Shown here piece after piece: positions 20,614 through 30,317 of a stretch of DNA of 64,000 nt (position 1 is its first letter; the number at the start of each line of letters is the position of its first letter). The position numbers were made by a program, and so were the translations under genes. Below the pieces are notes generated by a model. The model did no database searches. It saw nothing but the letters and a program-made list of their open reading frames with translations, and was not told where the DNA came from. The stretch is from a bacterium (GTDB lineage: Bacteria > RBG-13-61-14 > DATKZS01), in contig CAXXFL010000004.1 in the NCBI GenBank assembly GCA_963674965.2, positions 160,001 to 224,000 on the forward strand, in the 5' to 3' direction.

Positions 20614-22521
20614 ATGAAGGAAAATGTCGCGCATCGGGAAAAGGTCCAGGAATCGAGCAAGGACTGGCGAGGCCAGTACGAGATGGCCAAAACCACGCCC
20701 GCGGAAGCCATCCGTAATATCAAGCGGGGCGACCGCATCTTCATCGGCACGGGCTGCGGCGAGCCCCAGGCCCTGGTCAAGGCCCTGATCGAGAGCCAGT
20801 CGGGCATAGAGGACGCCGAGATATTCCACCTTTTAAGCCTGGGAGTGGCCGCTTACACCGAGCCACGCTTCAACACTATTTTCCGGCACAACTCCTTTTT
20901 TATCGGGCCGGCCTCCAGGGAGGCGGTATGGGAAGGGCGAGCGGATTATATACCCATCATGCTCTCGGACATTCCCGGCCTCTTCCGGGAGGGAAGGCTC
21001 CCGATCGACGCCGCCCTTATCCAGGTGGCCCCGCCGGACAAGCACGGCTTCTGCCCCTACGGCGTGTCGGTGGATATTGTCAAGGCGGCGGCGGAGACGG
21101 CCGAGTTGGTGATAGCCCAGGTCAATCCGCTGATGCCGCGCACCCTGGGGGACAGCTACGTGCACGTCGGCGATATCGACCTGGTAGTGGAACTGGAGGA
21201 GCCCATACTCGAGTGGACCTATCCCAAACCCGAGGAGGTCCACCTGCAAGTGGCCAGGAACGTGGCCCGCCTGGTCACCGACGAGGCCACGCTCCAGATG
21301 GGCATCGGTACCATACCCAACGCCGTGCTCGGGTTCCTCAAGGACAGGCAAGACCTGGGAGTGCATACCGAGGTCTTCTCCGACGGGCTGATAGACCTCA
21401 TCGAGGCCGGGGCCGTTACCTGCGCCAAGAAGTCGATTCATCCAGGCATGATCGTCTCCTCCTTTTGCATGGGCACGAGGAAGCTCTACGACTATATCGA
21501 CGATAACCCCTTTTTCGAGTTCCATCCCACGGATTATTGCAACAACCCCTCGATCATCGCCCGAAACGACCGGCTCACCGCCATTAACGTGGCCCTCGAG
21601 GTCGATCTCACGGGCCAGGTCAACGCCGACTCCCTGGGCTTTCGCTTCTACTCCGGCATCGGGGGGCAGGCCGACTTCATACGAGGAGCGGCCCTCTCGA
21701 AAAAGGGAAAGCCCATTATCGCCATGCCCTCCACCACTTTGGACGGCAAGCACAGCCGCATAGTGCCCACCCTGACCGAGGGCTCGGGCGTGGTCACCAC
21801 CCGAGGCGACGTGCATTACGTGGTGACCGAGTACGGGTCCGCCTACCTGCATGGCAAGAACATACGGGACCGGGCCATGGCGCTTATAAGCATCGCCCAT
21901 CCCGACGTGAGGCACGACCTCATCCAGTTCGCCAAGCACAAGAAGTATATATATCCGGACGAGCTGATGCCTCTCGGACACGGCGTGGTCTATCCGGAGG
22001 AGCTGGAGACGGTATTCAAGACCAGGGAAAAGGGAGAAGTCTTCATCTGGCCGGTCAGGCCCGCGGACGAGAGCCGGGTAAGGGACATGTTCTACGAATT
22101 GTCCGAGCAGAGCGTTTACCTTCGCTTTTTCGGACAGGTCAAAACCATGCCTCACGAGAAGGCCCAGCTTATGGTCAACCTGGACTACCAGGACAAGATG
22201 GCCATCGGCGCCTACGTGGGCGAGCATCCGCAATTCAAAATGGTGGCGCTCGCCCAGTACGTTCGCGATCCCAATTCCAACATGGCCGAGCCCGCCGTCC
22301 TGGTTGACGACGCGTGGCACAACCAGGGACTGGGGCGCTTCCTGTTCCAGTATCTCATCCGCGTGGCCAGGCAAAAGGGAGTCGAGGGCTTCTACGCGGA
22401 GGTCCTGCCCGAGAACAAGGGCATGGCGCATATTATCGAAAACTGCGGATACAAAACCTCCACCAAAATCGAGGAAGACGTCTACTTCTATGAAATAAGG
22501 TTCGAAAAACCCGAGGAATAG
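20614..22521 (+). CDS. Acetyl-CoA hydrolase/transferase fused to a C-terminal GNAT acetyltransferase
   Basis: LQMGIG.IP, HTEVFSDG, SGIGGQADF, VVTEYG; GNAT part SVYLRFF, WHNQGLGR, LPENKGM. Confidence 0.9.
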   Translation: MKENVAHREKVQESSKDWRGQYEMAKTTPAEAIRNIKRGDRIFIGTGCGEPQALVKALIESQSGIEDAEIFHLLSLGVAAYTEPRFNTIFRHNSFFIGPASREAVWEGRADYIPIMLSDIPGLFREGRLPIDAALIQVAPPDKHGFCPYGVSVDIVKAAAETAELVIAQVNPLMPRTLGDSYVHVGDIDLVVELEEPILEWTYPKPEEVHLQVARNVARLVTDEATLQMGIGTIPNAVLGFLKDRQDLGVHTEVFSDGLIDLIEAGAVTCAKKSIHPGMIVSSFCMGTRKLYDYIDDNPFFEFHPTDYCNNPSIIARNDRLTAINVALEVDLTGQVNADSLGFRFYSGIGGQADFIRGAALSKKGKPIIAMPSTTLDGKHSRIVPTLTEGSGVVTTRGDVHYVVTEYGSAYLHGKNIRDRAMALISIAHPDVRHDLIQFAKHKKYIYPDELMPLGHGVVYPEELETVFKTREKGEVFIWPVRPADESRVRDMFYELSEQSVYLRFFGQVKTMPHEKAQLMVNLDYQDKMAIGAYVGEHPQFKMVALAQYVRDPNSNMAEPAVLVDDAWHNQGLGRFLFQYLIRVARQKGVEGFYAEVLPENKGMAHIIENCGYKTSTKIEEDVYFYEIRFEKPEE

Positions 22522-22750
22522 CCGGGAAAGACCGAAGAAGCGCTCGCAAATAAAGCGCTCATTTCACTTTGCCAAGAGCGTCGACTAACGCTCGAAATAA
22601 AACAGCCTCATCGAAAGGTCCGAATATTATTCCAGGCAATTGGATGCTTTTCTTCATCAAAGTAGTTTCCGGGGCGGGCCGCCGTTTGTCCGCCGTCTGG
22701 CCGACCTGATATAATCGGACTTGATAAAAGGAGGGATAAGGGGCGGACGA

Positions 22751-23278
22751 ATGAAGAAGATAGGCGCCAAAGGGCAGAGGTGGCTTAAAGGTTTTCACCT
22801 GGCGGCGGTGAGCTCATGGGTGGGAGGAGCGGTTTCCCTGCTGTCCCTGTATTTCCTCAAGGACGGGGTCCATGACGCGGGCGTACTGTATGGAATCAAC
22901 CAAAGCGTCCACCACGTGGACATGATGGTGGTGGTCATTCCGGGGGCTTTCGGCTGCCTGATCACGGGCCTTCTTTACGGCGTCTTTACCAGGTGGGGAT
23001 TTTTCCGGCACGGCTGGCTTATATACAAATGGGCCATAACCGTCCTCGCCATACTTTTCGGGACCTTTTTTCTGGGGCCATGGGAAACGCGGATGATGGA
23101 AATCTCGGGCAAGCTCGGCATGGCCGCTCTCGAGAACGGAGAATATCTTTACAACCAGCGCATGAACCTCATCTTCGGCGCCGTCCAGACCATGGTCCTT
23201 GTGGTCACGATCTTTATTTCCATTTTTAAGCCATGGAAAAACATCGGCACAAAACAAAAAAACAATTCGCCCGATTGA
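22751..23278 (+). CDS. DUF2269-like membrane protein
   Basis: 4 TMs; LK.FHL...W.GG, TRWGFFRHGWLIYKW, ISIFKPW. Confidence 0.7.
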   Translation: MKKIGAKGQRWLKGFHLAAVSSWVGGAVSLLSLYFLKDGVHDAGVLYGINQSVHHVDMMVVVIPGAFGCLITGLLYGVFTRWGFFRHGWLIYKWAITVLAILFGTFFLGPWETRMMEISGKLGMAALENGEYLYNQRMNLIFGAVQTMVLVVTIFISIFKPWKNIGTKQKNNSPD

Positions 23279-23295
23279 CTTTTATGGAGGAAAAG

Positions 23296-24837
23296 ATGCC
23301 CCGTACTTTACAAGCAGCCGCTCTTTTGGCCGTTATTTTATTGCTTGCCGCCGCCGGCTTCGGGATTGATAAGAGTCGGGACGAGCCCTTTTCCATGCCC
23401 GAGGTGCAAAAACCAGCCTTTCAGGACCGGGATTTTAACGTCGTCGATTTCGGCGCGACGCCCGGCGGCAAAACGAAAAACACGCGGGCCTTCTCGCGGG
23501 CCATCCAGGCTTGCGTGGACGCGGGCGGCGGACGCGTGGTGGTTCCCCCCGGCAAATGGCTGTCGGGACCCATTCACCTCGAGAGCAAGGTGAACCTCCA
23601 TCTTGAAAAAGGAGCCACCATCTTATTCAGCTCCGATCCAGACGATTATCTGCCCCCCGTCTTCACCAGGTGGGAGGGAGTCGAGTGCTACAATTACTCA
23701 GCCCTTGTCTACGCCAACGGGGCCGAGAACGTGGCCATAACCGGGGAGGGGACGCTGGACGGACAAGGGGTGAATTGGTGGCCATGGAAAGCTAAGCAAA
23801 AAGAGGCCGTTAGGCGCCTTTACGAGCAGGGCGCCCGGGACGTTCCAGTAAAAGAGAGGATATTCGGAACCAAAGAGGACGCCCTTCGGCCCTCCCTGGT
23901 CCAATTCATTAACTGCAAAAAAGTTTTGCTCGAGGGCGTGACCACCAAGGACTCTCCCTTTTGGACGAACCATTTCGTCTACTGCGAGAACGTGACGGTC
24001 AGGGGAATCACGGTCCTGGCCCCGAGCTGGTCGCCCAACACGGACGGAATCAACCTGGACTCGACGCGAAACGCCGCGGTCAGCGGCGCCTATATATCGG
24101 TAGGAGACGACGCGGTGTGCGTCAAGTCGGGCCGTAACCGGGACGGAATCCGAGTGGGCGTTCCCACCAGAAACGTCCTTATCGAGAAGGTCACGGTGGA
24201 CAAGGCCCATGGCGGCTTCGTGGTGGGAAGCGAGACCTCGGGGGGCATCGAGAACGTCATGGCCCGGGGCAGCCGATATCTCGATAGCGCCAGAGGGGTA
24301 AGAATTAAATCCAAGCGCGGCCGGGGAGGGTACGTAAGGAACGTCTTCGTGGAGGACACGGTGATTGAAAAGGCCTCGGAGAAGGCCATCGAGATTACGA
24401 TGAACTATTCATTTTCCTACGGGGAAATGTCCGAGGCCGTTCCCCTGTTCGAAAACATCCGGATAAACGGTCTGCGTTGCGGCCTGGCCGGAAAAGCCGC
24501 GGAGGTAGTGGGACTTGCCGACTCGAAAATAATAGGTCTAACTCTTTCCAATATCGAGATTAATTCCGCGCGGGGAATGAATATTTCCGAGACGGGCGGC
24601 CTTACTCTTGACAATGTTAAAGTTAATCGGGCGCTGGGTCCGGCTATCACCCTGGAGAACTGTGAGAACGCGGTGATCAGGAATGGTACTTTTTTTACCG
24701 CTTCCGAATATCTGAGAGTCACGGGACCGTCGAGCGCGAATATCCGGGTAATCGCCCTCGACGAGACGCGGGCGAAGAAAGCCATCTCTCAGGGAAAATC
24801 CACGCCCAAGGAGGCCGTAATCATTACAAAACCCTGA
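23296..24837 (+). CDS. Secreted glycoside hydrolase family 28
   Basis: NTDG, GDDAVCVKSG, HGG, RIKS motifs; signal peptide. Confidence 0.92.
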   Translation: MPRTLQAAALLAVILLLAAAGFGIDKSRDEPFSMPEVQKPAFQDRDFNVVDFGATPGGKTKNTRAFSRAIQACVDAGGGRVVVPPGKWLSGPIHLESKVNLHLEKGATILFSSDPDDYLPPVFTRWEGVECYNYSALVYANGAENVAITGEGTLDGQGVNWWPWKAKQKEAVRRLYEQGARDVPVKERIFGTKEDALRPSLVQFINCKKVLLEGVTTKDSPFWTNHFVYCENVTVRGITVLAPSWSPNTDGINLDSTRNAAVSGAYISVGDDAVCVKSGRNRDGIRVGVPTRNVLIEKVTVDKAHGGFVVGSETSGGIENVMARGSRYLDSARGVRIKSKRGRGGYVRNVFVEDTVIEKASEKAIEITMNYSFSYGEMSEAVPLFENIRINGLRCGLAGKAAEVVGLADSKIIGLTLSNIEINSARGMNISETGGLTLDNVKVNRALGPAITLENCENAVIRNGTFFTASEYLRVTGPSSANIRVIALDETRAKKAISQGKSTPKEAVIITKP

Positions 24838-24972
24838 AAAGAGAGCCGGAGGGAAGATAAACGGCGTTTGTTTGGAAACGTATTTACCATTGTCCATTGA
24901 CTCGATCTCCCTTTACATTAACGCGGCGCTCATGATAAAATTCATAGTCTTAAAAACTCCGAGGAGGCGATA

Positions 24973-25845
24973 ATGTTTAGGGGAATATTTACCGCTTTGG
25001 TAACTCCGCTCAAAGACGGAAAGATTGACGAGGAATGCCTGGGCAATCTCGTCGATTGGCAGATAGATAATGGCATACACGGCCTGGTACCCTCGGGCAC
25101 CACCGGCGAAAGCGCGACCTTGAGCCACGAGGAGCACGGACAGGTCATCGACATCGTGGTCAAACGGGCGGCGGGAAGGGTACCCGTCGTCGCCGGCACC
25201 GGCAGCAACAGCACCTGGGAGGCCATCGAGCTGACCAAGCACGCCAAGGAGGCCGGGGCCGACGCTTCCCTCCAGATAACGCCCTACTATAACCGCCCGA
25301 CCCAGGAGGGACTTTACCGGCACTTCGAGGCCGTGGCCAAGGAAGTGGACATCCCCATAATCCTTTACAACGTGCCGGGCCGAACGGGCGTGAATATGCA
25401 GCCCGAAACGGTGGCCCGCCTCTCGAAGATCGATAACATAGTGGGACTTAAGGACGCGGCCGGCAGCGTCAAGCAGACCCTGGACACGGTTACCGCCTGC
25501 GGCGACAACTTCGCCGTCTTGTCGGGGGACGACTTCGCGAACCTCAGCGTGCTGGTCTCGGGAGGAACGGGCGCGATTTCGGTCTCCGCCAACGTGGCCC
25601 CCCGGCCACTGGTGGATTTCTACCAGGCCTGGGAGGCGGGCGAAATTAAAAAAGCGTGCGAGGCTCAAAGAAAACTGCACGAGCTCAACCGCTGCATGTT
25701 CCTCGAGACCAACCCCATTCCCGTCAAGTACGCGGTCCATCTTCTCGGGCTTTGCGGGGACGAGATTCGGCCGCCCATGACCGTACTGGACGAGAAATTC
25801 AGGCCCAGGCTCAAACAGGCCCTGCAAGAACTTGGACTCATGTGA
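24973..25845 (+). CDS. dapA: 4-hydroxy-tetrahydrodipicolinate synthase
   Basis: GTTGES, PYYN.P, LYNVPGRT, GLKDA, ETNPIPVK. Confidence 0.96.
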   Translation: MFRGIFTALVTPLKDGKIDEECLGNLVDWQIDNGIHGLVPSGTTGESATLSHEEHGQVIDIVVKRAAGRVPVVAGTGSNSTWEAIELTKHAKEAGADASLQITPYYNRPTQEGLYRHFEAVAKEVDIPIILYNVPGRTGVNMQPETVARLSKIDNIVGLKDAAGSVKQTLDTVTACGDNFAVLSGDDFANLSVLVSGGTGAISVSANVAPRPLVDFYQAWEAGEIKKACEAQRKLHELNRCMFLETNPIPVKYAVHLLGLCGDEIRPPMTVLDEKFRPRLKQALQELGLM

Positions 25846-26663
25846 TGGGCACTCCCGTTAAAGTAGTCATTACCGGCGCGGCCGGCAGGATGGGCAGGAT
25901 GCTGGTCTCGGCGGCATGCGCTTTCGAGGGGACCAAGGTGGGCGGCGCGACCGAGATTCCCGGCCACAAGATGATAGGCGAGGACGCCGGGACCCTGGCG
26001 GGTCAGGGCGAATTGGGAGTCAAGATCGTTCCCGATCTTAAAATTGCGCTCGAGGGGGCCGACGTGGTCGTGGATTTTACTTCCATCGAGTCGAGCCCCA
26101 TTCACGCCGGGATTTGCGCCGAGGCCCGCGTGCCCATAGTGATCGGGACCACGGGCCTGCCCGAGAAGTCGCGCGAGGAGATAGCGGGCCTGGCCGGCGC
26201 CATACCCATCGTTATGACGCCCAACATGAGCGTGGGAGTGAACCTTCTTTTCCACCTGGTGGACAAGGTGGCCGGGATATTGGGCGAGGGCTTCGACGTC
26301 GAGATCGTCGAGACTCACCACCGGATGAAAAAGGACTCGCCCTCGGGCACGGCCTGCCGGCTGGGCGAGATCGCGGCGGCGGCGCGGGGCTATTCCTATC
26401 CCGAGGACGTAAGGTTCGAAAGGCATGGCATAATTGGCGAGCGTCCCGTTCGCCAGATAGGCATACAGACCTTAAGGGGCGGAGACGTGGTAGGCGAGCA
26501 TACGGTCATGTTCGCGGGAGAGGGGGAGAGGATCGAGCTGATCCACAGGGCCCACGGCAGGAACACCTTCGCCATGGGCGCCATGAGGGCGGCCGTTTGG
26601 GTCGCCTCGAGAGGACCGGGGCTCTACGACATGAGCGACGTCTTGGGCCTGAAAGAACTCTGA
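25845..26663 (+). CDS. dapB: 4-hydroxy-tetrahydrodipicolinate reductase
   Basis: GAAGRMG, GTTG, ETHHRMKKDSPSGTA; start overlaps the dapA stop. Confidence 0.96.
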   Translation: MGTPVKVVITGAAGRMGRMLVSAACAFEGTKVGGATEIPGHKMIGEDAGTLAGQGELGVKIVPDLKIALEGADVVVDFTSIESSPIHAGICAEARVPIVIGTTGLPEKSREEIAGLAGAIPIVMTPNMSVGVNLLFHLVDKVAGILGEGFDVEIVETHHRMKKDSPSGTACRLGEIAAAARGYSYPEDVRFERHGIIGERPVRQIGIQTLRGGDVVGEHTVMFAGEGERIELIHRAHGRNTFAMGAMRAAVWVASRGPGLYDMSDVLGLKEL

Positions 26664-26693
26664 AGGTTTTTCCGGAATTCCGGGAGTTCATGC

Positions 26694-27479
26694 ATGGAAG
26701 AAAAACCGCGATTCTCGGCGCGAATAAAATCAATACTTTTATTCTTGGCGATACTCTTGTTCTCTTTTCCCGCCGGGTCTCGCCAGCCCATCGAGCTTTC
26801 CTATAACTGGAGAGTCGGACAGCGCCTCGAGTACTCCATGTACGTGGTGGGAAACGTTACCGACTCGGCCTCGGGAAGAAGAGATATAAGGATCGAGTTC
26901 GACGATAAATGGGAAGTGATCAAGGCGGCCGACGACCGCGGATACTTCACCGTATCGGAAAAGGCGTATAACTTCAGGGGAGAGGACTTTGACCTCGCCA
27001 GCTTCGCCGTCCCTCCTCGCGACTCGGGAATCGAAAGGCTCATAGACCGGCTCGGAAGAGTCGACGCCATCCAGGGCGTGTCTTACGGCGCAAGGTACAG
27101 GATACTGCCCCTCATGATGCCCGAAACGCCCATCGCGGCCCAGGAAAAATGGGTGGTCAATAAAGACCTGGACCTGCCTTTGCTGAATGAAAAGGTTACC
27201 GGCAAGCTGGCCACCGTGTACACCTTCGTGGACGTCTACCCGAATTACAAGATGCGCGGACGAGACTGCGCCCGGATCAAGGTCGAGGCGAACTATCAAT
27301 ACGAGTCGCCCGACGGGGACAAGGGAGTAGTGGGAAGGTTCCATGGACGCCTCTTCTTCGACCTGATCGAGAGGAGGGTCGTCGATTACGAGATCACCGA
27401 GCAGAGAAACGAGTTCGTGAGGTCGCTGGGAGCTCAGCGGACCACCAACCTCCAGGTAACGGCCATAAGCGACAATTGA
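26694..27479 (+). CDS. Hypothetical exported protein (beta-rich)
   Basis: Signal-like N-terminus; host-like codon usage. Confidence 0.65.
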   Translation: MEEKPRFSARIKSILLFLAILLFSFPAGSRQPIELSYNWRVGQRLEYSMYVVGNVTDSASGRRDIRIEFDDKWEVIKAADDRGYFTVSEKAYNFRGEDFDLASFAVPPRDSGIERLIDRLGRVDAIQGVSYGARYRILPLMMPETPIAAQEKWVVNKDLDLPLLNEKVTGKLATVYTFVDVYPNYKMRGRDCARIKVEANYQYESPDGDKGVVGRFHGRLFFDLIERRVVDYEITEQRNEFVRSLGAQRTTNLQVTAISDN

Positions 27480-27495
27480 ACCCGGCCGCCGGAGG

Positions 27496-30240
27496 TCAGG
27501 AAAAATTGCCGCGCCCGCGAGCAAGAAAACTCGCGCCGATGGATAATAGGCCGGCCAGTCCAGCCCAAACGCCAACTCGGAAGGAATAAGGACGGTAAAG
27601 GAACTCGACCCGGGCCTTGCCGTCGGGAACTTCAACCGCCCGAAAAGCATGATTGGCCCGAATGATCCTCGCGTCCTTACCCTCCACCTTGGCCGCCCAT
27701 CCCGGATAGTAGGCGTCGGAAAGAACCAGGAGCACGGGACCCTCGCCGTCGGTATCCACCACCACTCTTTGATGGCCGTATTCCACAACGCGGGCTTTGG
27801 CCAGGTCTTGTTTGCCGGGTTTGACCAAAGTTACGTCCGAGGCGGAGACCGCCGCGTATAGCCTGGCTCCTCCCAGTTCGACCATCCTCCGGAGAGTCTC
27901 GTGGGGACCGTTAACGAGAGAGACCCGGCCGGCCACATAGGCCCGGGGCCAGGCGGCGCCGTTCTCGTAAACCCTTATGCCGTTCTGGAAGGAGTCCTCC
28001 ATGATCGGCTCGTCCCTGCCCACTCGAGGGTCGCCCCAGAGGGCCCAGTCGTTATCGCCCGTTTTGCCGGGCAAGGTGGAAAAAGACATCCGGTCACGCT
28101 CGAGGTCGTATACGTCGGCGGATTTCCACGAGTCGTCCGACGGCCGTCTCGGGTCAAGGTACCGGCACCAGCCAAGGGTCGGGTCCCTGCCTTCCCCGAT
28201 CAGGGTGAACCAGACGCCGTCTCCAGGCTTATCCTTGATAGACGGGTCCACGCCTCCGGAGACCAGGACGGGCATCCTTTTCTTTTGCCGGTTAAAGCTG
28301 GTCGTTTTTAGGGTCCTGGCGTTGAGTCTCCACTTGGAGGGCGGGTGAGCGAACAAACAGTCGCGAAGGTCTCCGTTTATCTCCACTCGCTTCTTCCCCG
28401 AGTAAAGAGGGCCAGGGGCAATAAGCTGCCCCGTTTCCAGTATCCAATCGACGGTCTGGTTTTCCGGTTGTCTTCTTTTCGTGAGCTGGTACCTGATACC
28501 GGCCATGTCCCGGAGAGTCAGCCACTTTATCTGGAAGGGCATCCGCAGCGAGTGATACTTCATGAAATGGGCGTATAGCTCATCGCCTTTCAAAAACGTC
28601 ATGGCCCAGAATATGTCGGCGCTTTCCCGTAAGATAAGGGCCTCGGCCACTCCCACGTCGTTGACCGGGGCCACGGCCCCCATGTTGGAGACGAAAACCT
28701 CCTCGTCCGCCGCCACGCGGGCGAGAGGATGGTCCAACGCGATCTCGCGAAGGGGACGAAAGTCCCGTTTAGCCGCGTTCCAGAAAATAAAGGCATGGTT
28801 GACGGATGACGCCGCCACCAGCTCGATGGCCACGATGGCCGTGAGGGACCATGTCCGATAAGCGCCAAGGCGGCGGAAACTGAAGCCCGCTTTCCGCGAG
28901 GGACGAAGAGGAAACAAGCCGATTGCGGCCGCGCACGCGCAAAGCGTCAAAGCGGTCAGCAAGGCGCCGTTCATGAAAGGGGCCTTCTCCGCTCCGGCCA
29001 GGTCCGAGAAGCGTACTCGAGCCAGGATGGTCAGGAAGGCGACGACGACGGCCGCCGCCGGCAAGAGCAGACTCGAGCCGCGCCTTCTAAGCCCATCCGC
29101 TGTCTTGCCCGCCAGGATGGCGGCGGAAAAGGCGATCAGGGGCTGAGTGTACTTGATATAGGTAAGCTGATCGAGCCCGGGCAGGCTAGCGATCAGACTG
29201 AAAGGAGGCAGGGCGAAAATGACGCCCATCGAGGCGATCATGGCCGAGGCGAAAAATGCGTCCGTCCTGGTCCTCGGCCGCGCGGCGGCGGCCAGGGCCA
29301 AAACTAGGACCATGGACCCGATGTAAGGGAAGAGCTTCACCAGCTCGACGCTGGACAGGGCCTGGTTCAGGGGGCCGTAAAAACCGGGGGCCGCGGCCGT
29401 TATGGCGCCGGCGGCGGGAACGCTGGCCGCGCCAATGGCCGCCGTGTGAAAGTTCCAGGCCTTGGAGACGAACTCCAGGAAGGGAAGTGCTTGGGGAAGA
29501 CAGATTAAGCCGGCCGCTACGGCCGCGGCCGCGAGGCGCATGATCTGTCCCCGCCTCCACGAGTGGGAAACCTTCACGAAGAACATGCCGTAAGCGAAAC
29601 CGAAGGCCAGGGTGAACGCGGCCGATCCGGGCTGTCCGCCCAGCGCGATAAGCGCGATCGCCAGGATGGTCAGGAGGAACTCCCTCGTGCCTCCTTTTTT
29701 CGCCAGCGCGTCGACGGCGATAAACAGGAAGGGAATGAGAACGTCGATGGCCACGTTAAGGTCGGCGACATACTGGACGAGGTAGCCGGTCAAGGCGAAG
29801 GCGGCCGAGGAAAGGAACGACGCGGCTTTGCCCGCGCCGATTCTTCTGGAGAACAGGAACGTTCCCCATCCGGCCAGTACCAGCCTGCCGATGAGAAAGG
29901 GGACCATGGCTTTCTCGAGGGGCAGGACGAGCATCGCGGCCATGAGAGGCGAGAGGCACGCGGACTGATAATTGGCCAGGAGAGGGCAGCCGAAAAGGTT
30001 GTAGGAGTTCCAAAGGGGAAAAAACCCGCTTCTCCAGCTCTCGATCTCAATCCTCGACCAGGGGAACCAGCCGATGGTCGGGTAAATGTCCCTGTAGGTC
30101 TTGAAGAAAAGGTCGGAGCCGGAAAAAAGCTCGTTCCTGAACGCCGCCGCCAACAGCAGGGAGAGTCCGGCTATTACGAGAGCGTGGTCAAGAAAGCCGT
30201 CGCGTCCGCGAGACGTCGGCGAGTATTTTCTCATGGCCAT
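27496..30240 (-). CDS. YfhO-family membrane protein (GT-C-like)
   Basis: PLWNSYNLFGCPLLAN; many TMs; C-terminal LVLSDAYYPGW...ANHAFRAV. Confidence 0.88.
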   Translation of the reverse strand: MAMRKYSPTSRGRDGFLDHALVIAGLSLLLAAAFRNELFSGSDLFFKTYRDIYPTIGWFPWSRIEIESWRSGFFPLWNSYNLFGCPLLANYQSACLSPLMAAMLVLPLEKAMVPFLIGRLVLAGWGTFLFSRRIGAGKAASFLSSAAFALTGYLVQYVADLNVAIDVLIPFLFIAVDALAKKGGTREFLLTILAIALIALGGQPGSAAFTLAFGFAYGMFFVKVSHSWRRGQIMRLAAAAVAAGLICLPQALPFLEFVSKAWNFHTAAIGAASVPAAGAITAAAPGFYGPLNQALSSVELVKLFPYIGSMVLVLALAAAARPRTRTDAFFASAMIASMGVIFALPPFSLIASLPGLDQLTYIKYTQPLIAFSAAILAGKTADGLRRRGSSLLLPAAAVVVAFLTILARVRFSDLAGAEKAPFMNGALLTALTLCACAAAIGLFPLRPSRKAGFSFRRLGAYRTWSLTAIVAIELVAASSVNHAFIFWNAAKRDFRPLREIALDHPLARVAADEEVFVSNMGAVAPVNDVGVAEALILRESADIFWAMTFLKGDELYAHFMKYHSLRMPFQIKWLTLRDMAGIRYQLTKRRQPENQTVDWILETGQLIAPGPLYSGKKRVEINGDLRDCLFAHPPSKWRLNARTLKTTSFNRQKKRMPVLVSGGVDPSIKDKPGDGVWFTLIGEGRDPTLGWCRYLDPRRPSDDSWKSADVYDLERDRMSFSTLPGKTGDNDWALWGDPRVGRDEPIMEDSFQNGIRVYENGAAWPRAYVAGRVSLVNGPHETLRRMVELGGARLYAAVSASDVTLVKPGKQDLAKARVVEYGHQRVVVDTDGEGPVLLVLSDAYYPGWAAKVEGKDARIIRANHAFRAVEVPDGKARVEFLYRPYSFRVGVWAGLAGLLSIGASFLARGRGNFS

Positions 30241-30317
30241 GATAAAATCTTAGCCCGGCGCCGTGCTCCGATCAATATTGTCGGGACCGGCTGTCGGTAC
30301 CGGTTGTCGGTGCCGGG

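Noticed and set aside
20833-22431. Long antisense ORFs (also 4835..6295, 48906..50366, 51049..52977, 58957..60540)
   Set aside because: Mirror frames of well-supported genes
22559-22798. 79-aa minus-strand ORF
   Set aside because: Overlaps the DUF2269-like start region; no supporting evidence
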